Assembly: GCA_051294375.1 (NCBI GenBank)
Contig: CM119265.1
Span: forward strand, 12,389,866-12,453,865
Reading direction: 5' to 3'
Source of the DNA: Paraspadella gotoi
Taxonomy: Eukaryota > Animalia > Chaetognatha
DNA length: 64,000 nucleotides
This document shows, one piece after another, positions 37,705 to 50,211 of the stretch. The translations under genes were made by a program, and so were the position numbers. Numbering within the stretch: the first letter of the stretch is position 1; each line of letters starts with the position of its first letter. The notes beneath the pieces were generated by a model. That model had not been told where the DNA came from. It saw nothing but the letters and a program-made list of their open reading frames with translations, and made no database searches.

Positions 37705-38490
37705 AAAATTTTAATTTTAATGGTAACATCATTAAACAAATCCATTATTGGTATTCATTATTCATTGGGTTAAAATATTTTTTTGCAACAATGTTCCTAT
37801 CTATGAGTAGTAATTCACTAATTTGAATTTTTACACTGCGGCGCAAAAAAAAGCTACTTTTTTACATAAATAAACCGTATTGGATGGCTGATTTCTATTA
37901 AAATATAGAAACATAAAATAAAGCTTATTGAAAGATGAAGCAATTGGTCAAGTTCAAATAAAATCGAGCAAAGCGTTTGAAAGTTATAGGACGTCAAAAT
38001 TGATTGGTACAAAACAATGGAAATAAAAATAATATGAAATTAGCTGAACAAATTCATTTGAGCATATATGTAAGGATAGGTGTCAACTTTTTAAAATTTT
38101 GATATTTTATTGCCGAAAATTATCAAAAACTATTAAAATCATCGTATGCGGCGACAACAACAAGATGATGATGATGATGATAATGATTTTTTATGGTTTT
38201 TATCAATTTTGACCCACTTATCATCAAAATATTGAAAAAAGAATTATACTGTATTTTGACAACTTTTTATCAGCTATTTGAATCTTTTGAAGCTTTTCAA
38301 AATGTAAAATTACCAAAAAAATCTAACATTTTATCCATAAATAAATATTTAAAAAATAATTACTAATGCTTCGAGCCAATTTAGCAAATTTTGGTCCATT
38401 GAAAGTTTTCTCAAAAATGTATGAAGTTTCATTTGGAAAGGTTCCCAAATCAAACTTCTGACCCACCCCATTGACATAGTTTGGCCCTAC
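37705..38490. repeat. Dispersed AT-rich repeat; inverted copy at about 52262-52865 and related sequence at about 43290-43600
   Basis: 38400-38475 is the reverse complement of about 52275-52355 (TCAATGGGGTGGGTCAGAAGTTTGATTTGGGAACCTTTCCAAATGAAACTTCATAC). 37715-37797 matches 52770-52855 in reverse. Both carry a (GAT)n tract. Confidence 0.75.
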
Positions 38491-38755
38491 TAATAGCCTA
38501 TATGTCCCAAATTATCAATTCAATTTTTTTGTTTTTTTTTCGTACGTAATAAATATAAGATCGTAATAGTTGGTAATTGATATAAATAATAAATTATTAA
38601 ATATATGTAGCGTAGCATTGACGATAAAAAAGAATTTTACACGAGGCGTCTAAATCAGTGGGATATCATCTACTGAGTGCGCCTCAAAATTATGATTTGT
38701 TTTTCGGATGATTGCCCGCCTTCTGTTGTATGACCAATCGCCAAAGCAATCAACC

Positions 38756-41559
38756 ATGGAAAAGCGAGAAAGAATCGGATTATCGTCCCTCGCCGACGAT
38801 CACCGTCCCGGAATTTCCGAAGACTATCCGCGTTCGGAAGTCGTCTTCACCCAACCGATCGCCGTCACACGCAGGAGGAACTTGGCCAAGAAGATCACCC
38901 ACTGGGTCCTCCACGAGTCTATGAATGTCGAAGCGAATTTCGGTTAGAGATGGTAATTTTTACGGCCCTATTATGGGTAGGGAAAATAAAGGTGAGCAGG
39001 GGTCATCGCGGGAATTGGAAGGTACGGAGAATCTTGCATTCATTTTTTGAAGACGACGACGAGGATGACGGGGAATTTCGTGATCGTTCGACGGCGCGAG
39101 ATAGAAATGTCAATGCGGCCAAGTCGCCCTCAACGTCGGAATTCAGTTGTCACGTGATTTCATCGCTTTTTTTTCCCTAATTTCTATGGTTCGTATATAT
39201 TTTATGATTAAATTTTCCCTTTCGCAGTGTGTCGATGATAAACCCTGCAATATCAAGGCAAAAGACGCTAGATTTGTGGTAAGACCTAGAGTTACGTTTG
39301 CTTTTCAACTTTGAAATTAAAAAAATATATATATTTTTAATGTCTTACGCAGTCATTGTAACTTAATGATTTTTATCGAGCCGACCGGCGAAGCCGGTTC
39401 TGGCTCGATATTGTTTCGGGTAAGCTTCTTTGTGACGTCGCCGGCGTCGTCATCGGCGTCACGCTTTTTTGTATAAAAACTACTACGATTTTATAGTTTT
39501 GGCTGGGACTTACCGTTTTTTTTAAATAAAAATTCTTATGAATTACGATAAAGTTTTATAAAAGTGTGCGATCATAGTAAGTTAAAAACTTAGATATGTC
39601 TTCTCATCTTGAAATAGCTTTGAAATTTTCATATTATATTTGGATTCAAGTATTTTTTGTTTGAATTTCTACTTCATTATGATTTACTGCAATATGCAAA
39701 TAAGATTATAGTACTCAATATAATATCCAAATTATTATAAAAATACTTTAATCTAATTTTTATATTGCAGTAAATAATATTGAAGATGAAATTCATAAAA
39801 AAATATTTGAATCAATAAAAAACATGTGAAATCAAAAAACTTTTTTAATAAAAAGCTATATCTTAATTTTAATACAAATAAAAATAAAATCTTTTACAAG
39901 CTATGATTGGAAAAAATTGTAACAATTTCTAATTGTAAACAATTGTAATATTTTTTTGCTTTTCTTTTATTTCTTTAAATTATATATATATATATTTTTT
40001 CCTATTTTGTATTTATTATCCTCAATTATTTCACGCTTTTTTCTTAATGCAAAAGCCCAAATTTACATCCGATATTTTTGTGATTTATTCTCTTTCTTTC
40101 TCTCTCTCTTTCTTTCTTTCTCTCTCTCTCTCTCTTTCACTCATACACGCATTTGTTTGTTTTATTTATGATGAATGATTTATTACGTCAATAAATGACT
40201 ATCATCGCATCAATCATTTGGTTATTATCACATCAATCATTTGGTTATCATCACATCAATCATTTGGTTATCATCGCATCAATCCTTTGGTTATCATCGC
40301 ATCAATATTTGGTTATCATTGAAGGTAGGCTCGATCCTATTCTTTTAAGATTTTTTAATTTCATGTTTATGAGTCATACTACCTTATAATTAGAAATAAT
40401 TTACAGATTATTAAGATTTCAACGGATAAAAAACTGGTTTTTATTTTTAAAGTCTTACGCAGTCATTGTAACTTTATAATTTTTTTAATTCCATGTTTAT
40501 GAGTCATACTACCTCATAATTAGAAGTAATTTACAGATCGTTAAGATTTCAACGGATAAAAAACTGGTTTTATATGCCGATCGAAATCGCTTTTGCCGGT
40601 GTAGTTCCTCTTTTAATTCTGAACGGCCGCTCCCACCTTGGGACTTTTGTTGGGGTAATAAACCCATTTACAACTCTCTACTCCCCCCCTTCCAACAGCG
40701 GGAACAGCAGCGTTACCACCGCGACCGCGAGACGGCGCTGACCTGCGCCGTCGTCGACGTTATCTTCGGTCTCTTCGGGTTCATCGTCGTCTTCGGCTGC
40801 ATCCCCTTCTGGTTCGGCATCGCCGCTATCCTCTGCGCCTGCAAGGAAGAGCCCAACATCCCGCGGGCGTTATACTGCGCCAAAGGTGAGCGCGGAAAAT
40901 CATTGATTCGTACATTTAGTCGTGAATTTATTTCTCGAGCCCGGGGTAATATAAATATTCCTTTGATTTTCCCCGGGGTGAGTTTGGCGTTACATTTTCG
41001 GTAAATGTAATTCCTCTGTAATTCCCTGAAATTAGCGTGCAGTCATAGGTAAGTAAATTCCCCAGGTAATTCCCCCAAATTAAAAACCGTTTTGTCTTAT
41101 TTTAATCGTCCCCTGTGTGGTTAAAAAAAACTACGTACGTATTTGATAATTGCTTTTTTTAAATTGTCCTTATAAAAGTTGCAAACATTCCCGGGGGCCT
41201 GACAGTTGGACAAAGTCAGGAACAAAATAGCTTATTTATTGAATGAATGGATGATTTTTATATAATTTCATAATAACTTACTAAAAAGTACTCTTTGATT
41301 AGCAAACATCCAATCTTGACTGACCACGTCGGGTTTCGCCCTCCATCCATACATCAAACTTTAAACTATAAGTTAAAATAGTATAGAATCACACTATGAT
41401 TGGAATCCATCCAGAATAATACGATGATAATTTTTTTCAGTTGGCATGGCGACGATCGCCCTGCCCGCCGTCTTGCTCGTCGCCATGCAAGTAGCCTTTC
41501 TGGTCTTTCTCTTCAAGGGACACGACTGGTTCGTAGCAAATAACAGCAACAAAGAATGA
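38756..41559 (+). CDS. Dispanin/CD225-like membrane protein, paralog B; exons 38756-38942, about 39052-39153, 39228-39278, 40699-40885, 41441-41559
   Basis: Phase-consistent exons ending ...TALTCAVVDVIFGLFGFIVVFGCIPFWFGIAAILCACKEEPNIPRALYCAK|VGMATIALPAVLLVAMQVAFLVFLFKGHDWF...-stop. Clear similarity to paralog A. Confidence 0.78.
39371..40345 (+). mobile_element. HINE-like (Helentron-associated) element in an intron
   Basis: Subterminal inverted repeats ATCGAGCCGACC (39375) / GGTAGGCTCGAT (40324); 5' hairpin CCGGCGAAGCCGG plus a second GGCTCGAT; internal 23-bp tandem repeat TATCATCGCATCAATCATTTGGT (about 40200-40320); T-run termini. Confidence 0.65.
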
Positions 41560-42199
41560 TGAGCCGAGGAGGGAACGCGCGTGCGCAGAGGAGCGAGAAC
41601 ACGACGACTTGTTCACCGACGGGCTCTCGAAATGGATAGAATTCCGCCTCGAGCTAAAAAACCTGATTTTTAGTTATTAAAGCAAAGACCTCGAATTTTA
41701 ATAAGGGAAAGCGCGGCCTAGAAAATAAAAGTCTTTTGTCTGTTCGTAGGACGTCGGATCTGGGAAATCCCTGATCTAGAGACGGGGAACTTAACTAAGT
41801 ATTTGATTCTCGAAAGAGAAAGATCAAGATTTCTCACTGAGCAGCTGTTGCTTGCGATTGACCAAGGGATCTGTTGACCGACAGACGGCGCGAGATCGTG
41901 AAACGTCCATTAGCGACTCTCGATCGAAAATGTGGAGGTCGGTACTTGACTCTCGACGACGACGAAGAATGAGAATATTTAAGAAAAAAAAACCGAGGGC
42001 AAATAAATCCTCCGTCGAATTGGCCTTCATAAAATTTCAAGATAAACAGAAAAACGTATGAGTTATGACTATTGTCTCAAGTAGATAGAACAAGGAACGG
42101 TTATTCCAAGGTGTTGAGCCGCATTACTTTTCTTTTTACTTATCATATCATTTATTCTTTATAGTTTATATTTGATTTTTAACAAATGAGAAACAAACT

Positions 42200-42305
42200 A
42201 TAGGCAAGTTATAAGCGTAAGTGGCGGACAGACATACCAACGGACCGACCGACTGAAAAGTGACTGAAAGAGTTGCTCCGCGAGTACTCGCGGCGCAACT
42301 AAAAA
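42200..42305 (-). repeat. Short DINE-like end with a terminal hairpin; second copy at about 53420-53500
   Basis: Palindrome AGTTGCTCCGCGAGTACTCGCGGCGCAACT (42271-42300) next to (GACC)n. The same GAGTACTCGCGGCGCAACTAAAAA occurs at about 53471-53494. Confidence 0.6.
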
Positions 42306-45300
42306 CGTATGACTATTGTCTCAAGTAGATTGAAAAAATTATGACTATTTGACGAGGCCAATGATGACAACGACGACTTAGAATTTCAAGAAAATTATCA
42401 CATCAGGAACAATTTCGAATGATGTGAACAGTGTGAACTGGATGAAAGGACGACGACGATATCAAATATGACCGAGACTGATCTCGTCGAGTATCACCGA
42501 CCAAAATAATTCACGACTGCTCTGCGCAGGCCGAGACGAATTTGGCAGCTTGTGTGCGAGGAAGGGATGAGGGCGGGGTAGGTCGGGTAAGTCTTTACCC
42601 GGGAGGACGAAAGACGCGAAAAATCCTCGTCGGATATCGCTTAGCGGGATCGACATAAAATCGCCGTCAATCTCGGGGTTTTATTTGGGACAAAGAAGAG
42701 AAAGAGAAAAATGAAAAGAAAGAAGGAGAAAAAAAAAAACCGGGGGAACAACTCTGCCGGGGTTTTGAAGATTTTATTGAAAACTGGAAATTAAAGGATT
42801 TTTAGTTCCGTTGGAATTCCCATTTTTTCCCCGCCGGTTTGATGAGCAGGTTTCCACGAAAGATTAATTTTGTTCTTCTGACTAATAAGTAGGAAACTGG
42901 GAATTCTGAATAATTACGAAAAGTCGAACAATCTCATTATAAAGTCAAAGAAGTAATTTTAAGAGTCAATTAAAAGCTAGAATTCAACAAATAATAATTA
43001 TCATGTGAAACTATGCTATATGAAATTATGCATTATGATTAATATTGATTGATTATGGCTTAGGCCTTCTGCCAAGATTAGTCCATCAAACGTAATGACA
43101 TGATCACAGATGACATGATCAATAGGCCGGAACAGGTTGAAAACTAGAAGTTCACTTAAATAAATAATGGTTAAGTGACTGTTAGAGAATATGAAAATAA
43201 AAATAATTTTTACAAGTTAGCTTATTGATAAGCGCACGGAAGCATTTAAAGATTATTTTATTGTTATATATATAAAGTTTAAATTTTTTTTTAATTTTTA
43301 AATTTTTTTATAGATTCTGATAGAGCTTTCAAAGTTAGATAAAGGTTATTAATACAACTTTTTAAATTTTTTTGGGTTTTATTAATGAAAATTTTAAGAA
43401 ACTCTAAAATTCAGCCAATGTTGATGATGATGATAATTTTTTAAGGTTTTTTCTATTTTTAACCAATTTATTGTCAAAATTTGAAAAAAATTGTAGTACT
43501 AACTTCCATTTAATTTTTTAGGCTCTATAGGAATCCGTTCTCAAAAAATAAAATTTTTTAAAAATAAATTTTGTTATATATTAATAAATATTTAAAAGCT
43601 TCAGTGCAACAACCCAATGAACTAATTCAAAAAGTTGCATTGAAAATCGATTTAGTAGTAGAAGGAAAAAAAAGAATTTTTTTGAGAGAACGAGAAGTTA
43701 TAAAAAGTGTTCAATTTTGACCCGCCTGATCAATGAATAAGATGATTGTTAAATCTATAAAGAAATCGGCGAGGCGAGAAAAGAGAAATCAATTGACAAG
43801 CAGCAAAAGTTTAATATCAGTATCCTCTCGTGTAGTAACGCTTCCTTACTCGAAACATATTTTAATTTTTCTTTATTATTGTTTTTTGTCAATTTTAAAC
43901 ATTGGGGCGAATTGCGTGATATATTTTGATTTTTTTTTTTTTTTTTTGGAGTCACGAGATAAATGGATGACAATAAATAACTTTCGATGAAATGGGGTTA
44001 AAGTGATAAGCGATAATTTTTGTTTTGTTTTTGTTTTATTTTGTTTTTTTTTTAAACTGGGCTGAGAACGACCACGGCATTCATGAGATTTCGAAATCGG
44101 TATTTTTTCTTCGACGGGTGGATGATGTTTGGACCAACGGAGATGAGGCGTTGTGTTATTCAGTTAATGGGGTTATGGCGAAAATAGTTATAGGGAGAAC
44201 TTTAGTCTAACGTGAAAAAAAAATCATGGAAGTAAAATGGGAATGTATGTTGACTGATGTACAATTTTAACGTTGCTACCTGCGAGAAATTAATTGTAAA
44301 GATGAACTGTCGAAAAGCAAGAGAATGAGTGAAATTTGAAACGCTCGAACATAAGGAGATTAGTCAACCATGACCAAAACATTTTTGGACTCGTGAAAAG
44401 AAAGATAATAAGAAAAAAGAAACAACTGAAAGAAAATTGGGAATGTACGCTCGATTTGTTTCTCTCGAATCTCCCAGATCTGACCGCTAAAACGATTCTC
44501 CAGATAAACTCTAAACCCTCTCGAAAAACGCCGAATCACCAACGAGCGGACGACCCGCTGGGCGTGCCTTGGCACTTGGCAGCCTTGACGAAACTTAACT
44601 TTCTTTTGTCATTTTAGGCAGCTCCGTTTCATCACGTGTTTTTCTTTATTAGTTAGATTTTCCTCTCAAATCTACGACTATGTATTTCCCTCAGCACTTT
44701 TCCTTACCCTTCTCAGTTCTCACCCTCCTTCATCGCACCTACCTTAAACAAAACTCTCACCCCCGCGACGTCATGAAAACGAAAAGAAAAAAAAGAAAAG
44801 AAAAGAAAACTCGGTCCGGCCTTCCGCTCGAATTCGTTATCGGGTTTCCCCGTCGGAGAAATTCTTCGCGGGTTCGTGCGAATCTGCAACGGATGTGAGG
44901 CCGATGACTGGGTGACTGGTGTGAGAAAATGAGGATGGACAGATGGATGAAGAAGAGGAGGAAGAGGAGGAGGAAGAAAACGAACCTCACATGTCGAAAG
45001 GGAGTTGGGGGTTTTAGTTCACGCGCGAACGGTTAAACCGAAAAACAAAAAAAATCGGTCTCGAGTTAAATTATTATTTTCTCGTCGTCAAGTTTTCGTT
45101 TCACAAAAACTGGGGGAAAAAGATAAGAAGATAAAAAGTCGAAAAAGAAAGCATAAATAACCAAATAAAAAAACCCTTAAAAAGATTTTTAAAAATATTC
45201 AACGGCCTAATTTTGACTCTATTTCGTTTGTTTTGTCTCACGGATCGGCCCGCCCTCCAAACTCCAAAGAAAAAAAAACAGTCAGCGCCATCGAGCGGGC

Positions 45301-45543
45301 GGGAGAGCGAGCGAGCGAGAGTGCGAAAGAGTTGACAGGGAGTCGAGCGTCTACTTTTTTTTTTGCTGCAGACGAAAACAAAAATAATAAACTAAAAAAA
45401 TAAACAAAACCGAGACGCTTGTCGCTAAAAAAACCATCGACAAACCGAGTCGCCACAACATTCCAACCAAGAAAACAAAAAAAATCCATATAAAACCGAC
45501 GCCAAATTTCAATTCTGTCTCGAAAGAACTTATTTTAAAGAAA

Positions 45544-46906
45544 ATGGATTTTTACTTCTCCCCGCCGCCGAACGTCATTCCTTCCTCGTCATCGTCGTCT
45601 TCCTCATCGTCGTCGTCAACGATGTCGTCATCGAACCTACTCGTCAGACTCGAAAGAAGCGCCAAATGGTCAACAAACTCCACCTCTTCCTCCTCCCCTC
45701 CCGAAAGAGGTCACACCATCTCCTCCACCATCACTCGCGTCCCTGTTTTCCATGGCAACGCGAAAGGCGCAAAGGGTCGCACGATAAATCTCGACAAGTA
45801 TTGCATGACAACGAGCTACGTCACGGCCGGCGCCATCACGGGTAATTTAATCGTACATGTCATTTATTTTAAGGCATTTTTACTTTCTAGCAACCGCTGT
45901 CATCGGTCATCAATCAACTCATAATTGTTATCTTTATTTTCCTTTCACCATCGCTTTTGCCCGTCCTCTCTAATCAGGCGCTGGCGTCTTCCTCGTATTC
46001 CTCTTCCTCTTCTTCGTCATGCTCCTTCTGCTGACACGGCGTTCCCACGGTTTTCGCGCCTGGCTGCGCCACTGGATCGATCTCAATACCCCGGCGCGGT
46101 TCCAGCTGCGCCACGTGGGGTTCGGCCCCGTCGAATTGGCGCGCCACAGGGCGATGACGCGCAGCGACGGCGACGAGGACGCCGCTTCCGTCTCGGAGCG
46201 CCGGCGACGTCGGATCAATGGGACGGCGCTTTCGCCGGACGAAGTTCTGCTGGACGAAGTCTTCGGCGCGGACATGCTGGAGACGCTGCGGCGCCTCGAA
46301 TCGGCCGCTGCGTCGTCATCTTCCTGCGTCCGAATCTCTTCAACGCGGCGATCGACGGCCGACGAAAACTTTCGTCGAACCTCGCTCACGCACCGCTGGA
46401 CGCCTCAAGCGGGGACGGCCTCACCGGCGTCACGAAGACCGTTGCTCGATCCCGTCGTTTACGAAGCCGCTAATCGATCGCCGTCAACGGCGTCGTCATC
46501 AACGTCCTCGATGAACGCTGGATCGCCATCGCTGCCGCCGCTGCCGCCGTCCTACAACGACGTGCTGCTGCAAGATCGATCTATTGACGACTGCGTTCGG
46601 GGTTCGCGCCGTGGCGGTGAGGAGACTGAACAGAACGACGGCGCGGAACAGGAAGCGATCGTCGTTGATCGAACGAGACGTGACGAGCCGCCGCCGTCTT
46701 ACGGACGCGCTATGGGACACAGGCTCATCGCTTCCGCCAACGCCGCCGTAGAAAACGGGGCAGCCGCCTTTTCTACTTTTAGCGAATGCGCGAGGGAGGC
46801 GTTCCCGCGGCGGGGACCCGGCGCTGCACGCGCAGTCAGAGCCGATGAAGAATCGCGTATCGGAAATGAAATCGGCGAATCGAATTCGGACAACGATGAA
46901 ATTTAG
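45544..46906 (+). CDS. Single-pass membrane protein with cytoplasmic PPxY motifs; exons 45544-45841, 45978-46906
   Basis: A phase-1 intron joins VTAGAIT|GAGVFLVFLFLFFVMLLLLTRR (TM plus basic stop-transfer). The tail has LPPSYNDVL and PPPSYGRA. AATAAA at about 46983. Confidence 0.75.
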
Positions 46907-47159
46907 GAGCCAAACGATAGGGCAAATCGCCAATTGCCAAGCCAGTCGCCAATTGCGAATTTAAAATTGTTACTGCTTTATTAATAAAGCTAATTTTTTA
47001 GTTAATTTTAGTCAGAGCCCTTATATAAAATTTCGTATTGCTGCTGCATAATAAAAATCTTTAATATCCTTTGTCTTCCAATAAATGTATAAGAAAACTT
47101 AAAACAATCTCTTTTCAATATTTTAAAACGGCTCCAGTTAAAATAATGTAAGAACTTAC

Positions 47160-47740
47160 TCGCTAGAATCGTACATTTCAAATCCTTGACTTTAAGCATG
47201 GAGGCCTCAGGGGCCATCGCGCCGGTGGCATTCTCAAGACGTTCCCCGTCGCCGTTTTCTTGGAAGAAACTGGAATTCGCTAAATGCTGAAGACTCTGAA
47301 TTTCGATCTCTTCTTCGCCTGAAAATTTGATTATAAGATTAATGCAAACCTGAGAGCAAAGTCAAGTCAAGGGTTTCTATCCCCAAAAAGTCGTTGGTTA
47401 ATAATTTACGACTTTCAGGTTGAAAGGTTGACTCTTTTTCTTTCATTCCCGGGGATTTCATTCCATAATTGGAAGCTGAAGAAAACCGATTTGTTTTATT
47501 TCGTTTTTGTTCTACTTTTCTAGCGTGAATAGAGAATGTAACATTTTCTTAATCTTACCTATTTTTGAAAGGTAGTCTGTGACAAGATTTTTCAGGAAAC
47601 CAACTTCATGAAAAATGTCTTGAACTTCACTTTCGACTATCCGAAAGATCGGCGAAAAGAATTCATTGACTCTGTGAAGTGTGAAATTACGTATTATTAG
47701 GGATAGGGTGGGATAGGATAAAAACTCAGTGAGATAAAAA

Positions 47741-47800
<60 letters not shown>

Positions 47801-48069
47801 ACGGCTTTCCTTTTCTCCTCGGAAACGACCTCTGCGATTCCTCTGCGTCAAACGTGATCCTCGTCTTGAAGCCTTCTCCGATTTGACCTCGATCCATGAC
47901 GCGTTGGATCTCGATCCCCGTCTTGGAGTCTTTCCCCTTTCGTACTCGATCCACCACGCGTTGATTCTCGATCCCGTCGTCCTCTTTCCGATCGATGACG
48001 CCCTGCGGCTCTGAAGTCGAAACCTTTCCACAGCGGGTTTTTCGGGTAGGGGAAGAAATTTAACTCCAT
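47160..48069 (-). CDS. Possible uncharacterised multi-exon gene
   Basis: Exon-like blocks with AG/GT boundaries (RVNEFFSPIFRIVESEVQDIFHEVGFLKNLVTDYLSKI; GEEEIEIQSLQHLANSSFF...). Start, end and frames are not established. Confidence 0.35.
47745..47796. repeat. (AG)n microsatellite
   Basis: About 26 perfect AG units. Confidence 0.95.
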
Positions 48070-48112
48070 GAGCGGGTTTTCAGGGGTACAACCATTGACG
48101 AATTAGAGCGAG

Positions 48113-48180
48113 TATATAAGAGGGGGTCGCCTACTGAAACACTGAGAAGACGTCTCAATTCTTCAACAGAGGTAAGCTCT
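48113..48180 (+). promoter_or_regulatory. Putative TATA box and short non-coding first exon of VWD paralog 1
   Basis: TATATAAG at 48113, donor AG|GTAAGCTCT at 48172 and acceptor TTCTTTCAG at 50188 just before the ATG. Paralog 2 has the same arrangement. Confidence 0.55.
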
Positions 48181-49299
48181 GACTCGCGGAACAACATAAA
48201 TATTTTTTTTCGGTCGGTCTGTCTGTCCGTAGGTCAATCCTATTTAACTTTTAAATTCTTATAACTCGGGTAATATTACATTATTTTGATAAATATATGG
48301 TAGTAAGATGCATATGTTTTCATGCTTGTGTACTTATGCAGTCATGTAATCAAAACTAAATGTGATAAAAAAATAAGCCGAAAGTGTTTATGGCACAAAT
48401 TATATAATACGATGTAATTTTAATTCATACTTAGTTAAGGTATTACATATAAAATGCTTGTTAAACGTATGTTTTAAACTTGTGCAATCACTTAACCACG
48501 TTAAAATGCGGTTATTTTGTATTACACTCTCAGTTTTACTAGTCATTTTACTTAAATTTTTATAAATGCTCAAAAAAATGAATGAATGCAAAAAGAAAGT
48601 TAAAGCGGCGCAACGCCTTGACTATGGCGGTTCTTAATTTATATATATATATATTGATATTTATATATTTTTAGACATATTTTTTTTTATTGTGATTGGT
48701 GAATGAAATGGTGATTTTTAGGGAATTCTTTATGAATGGGGTATCAAACTATAGGAAACTGTAGGTATGCATTCTAAAGTAAAATAAATAAATTAATTGA
48801 AAAATCGGAAAAGAATGTGGTTTTCATACGCACCTCCACATAAGTTGGTACAAAGCCTGGAATAAATTTGTCGCTTTGTTTCCCGATAGAAGAATCTAGA
48901 AACAATAAAACGGTGCGGAAATTACATTAGTTCACTGTAATATTAGTGTTGATCGAAAGCTTGTAAGGTCTTAATTGAAAGCATGCAGGGTCTTTACATG
49001 TTTTTTATAATGTCAAAGGAATGGAGGTAGTAACCAACTCGGGCCCGTTCAAAGTCAGGGGAAAGGTACCTTGTTTTATGAATTTATGAATAATTTTAAA
49101 GTGTTTTTTTTTCATATTGATAAATCCGAATAAACCATGAAAATCCACTTTAAGAAAATTCCTGCCAAATTTACATGGTTATTTTTTAGATGTACTTATA
49201 AGTATAAATTAAACAAAATATCAAACAATTAGGGAATTTTATTAATTATGTATAACAGAAAGTGGAACGTTTTTGAACAAGGACATTAACTAAAATTGG

Positions 49300-49880
49300 T
49301 TTTCAAGACGTCTATAATTCACTTTTTCGGTCCGTTGGTCCGCCCCCCCAATCTTGTCGGGCATTCACTTATATCATGTCAGAACATCGAATTAAGATAA
49401 ATTATACCAAAAAAAAGATGTCCGTCCATCCGTCTCTCTGTCTGTCTGTCCGTCCATCCCACCTTAGCAAAAAACTCCAATTACTCGTGATTTGATGGAT
49501 GGATTGAAATGAAATTTTGTGTGTTGGTAGGAAAGTGTGATTGAGCTGGAAATAAAGTTTCGATGGAATCGTCCGAGTGGAAATGAGTTAAAGTGGAAAA
49601 AAAATTCACTATTTGAACGCCAATTACTCATGAGCGAATGGGGCGATTGATTTCAAATTTTGTATGTGGGTAGGAAAGTGTGTGATTGAGCAGGAAATAA
49701 AGTTTCGATGGAATCGTCCAAGTGGAAATGAGTTAAAATAGAAAAAAACAAAATCTATTTCACTATTTGATTATGCTTTTTTTATTTTTATATTAAGCGT
49801 AAATTCAAGCTGCATTATTTAATTATTAATAAATAAGTAATTAATTATTAATTATTTGTAATTAATTAATTAATTTTGTG
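49300..49880 (+). mobile_element. DINE-1/HINE-like element, copy 2
   Basis: CTATAATTCACTTTTTCGGTCCGTTGGTCCGCCCC...(GTCT/GTCC)n...internal repeats, collinear with copies 1 and 3. Confidence 0.75.
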
Positions 49881-50211
49881 ATCGATGCTGTTTTGTGATT
49901 GAGAGGCGAGACAAAGTGGAAAACGATTTTGACACAAATAAAAAAAAATTAATATTATATCTGATTAGCTGCTTACCGCTAATGATCGTGGGCAGATCCG
50001 GCATTGTTTGCTCAAACTTGTTTAATACCGATACTTACTGCCACGAAATGTTCAATATCGTTATCAAATATTAACTGCAAGAAAATATTAGTGATGCCTT
50101 TTGTCATAATATTACAAATAGGTAAATTGAGGTAATCCAATTAAAACGTATATGTAGTAAGTAGTAAAATGTAAAATATTTCTTTCAGAAACAAACACAG
50201 TCACATAGACA

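Noticed and set aside
7528-46933. Many long overlapping or antisense ORFs (e.g. 7528-8025, 12076-12765, 17232-17843, 21485-22030, 30520-31044, 46499-46933)
   Set aside because: They are shadows of CG-rich exons, with no independent motifs or splice support.
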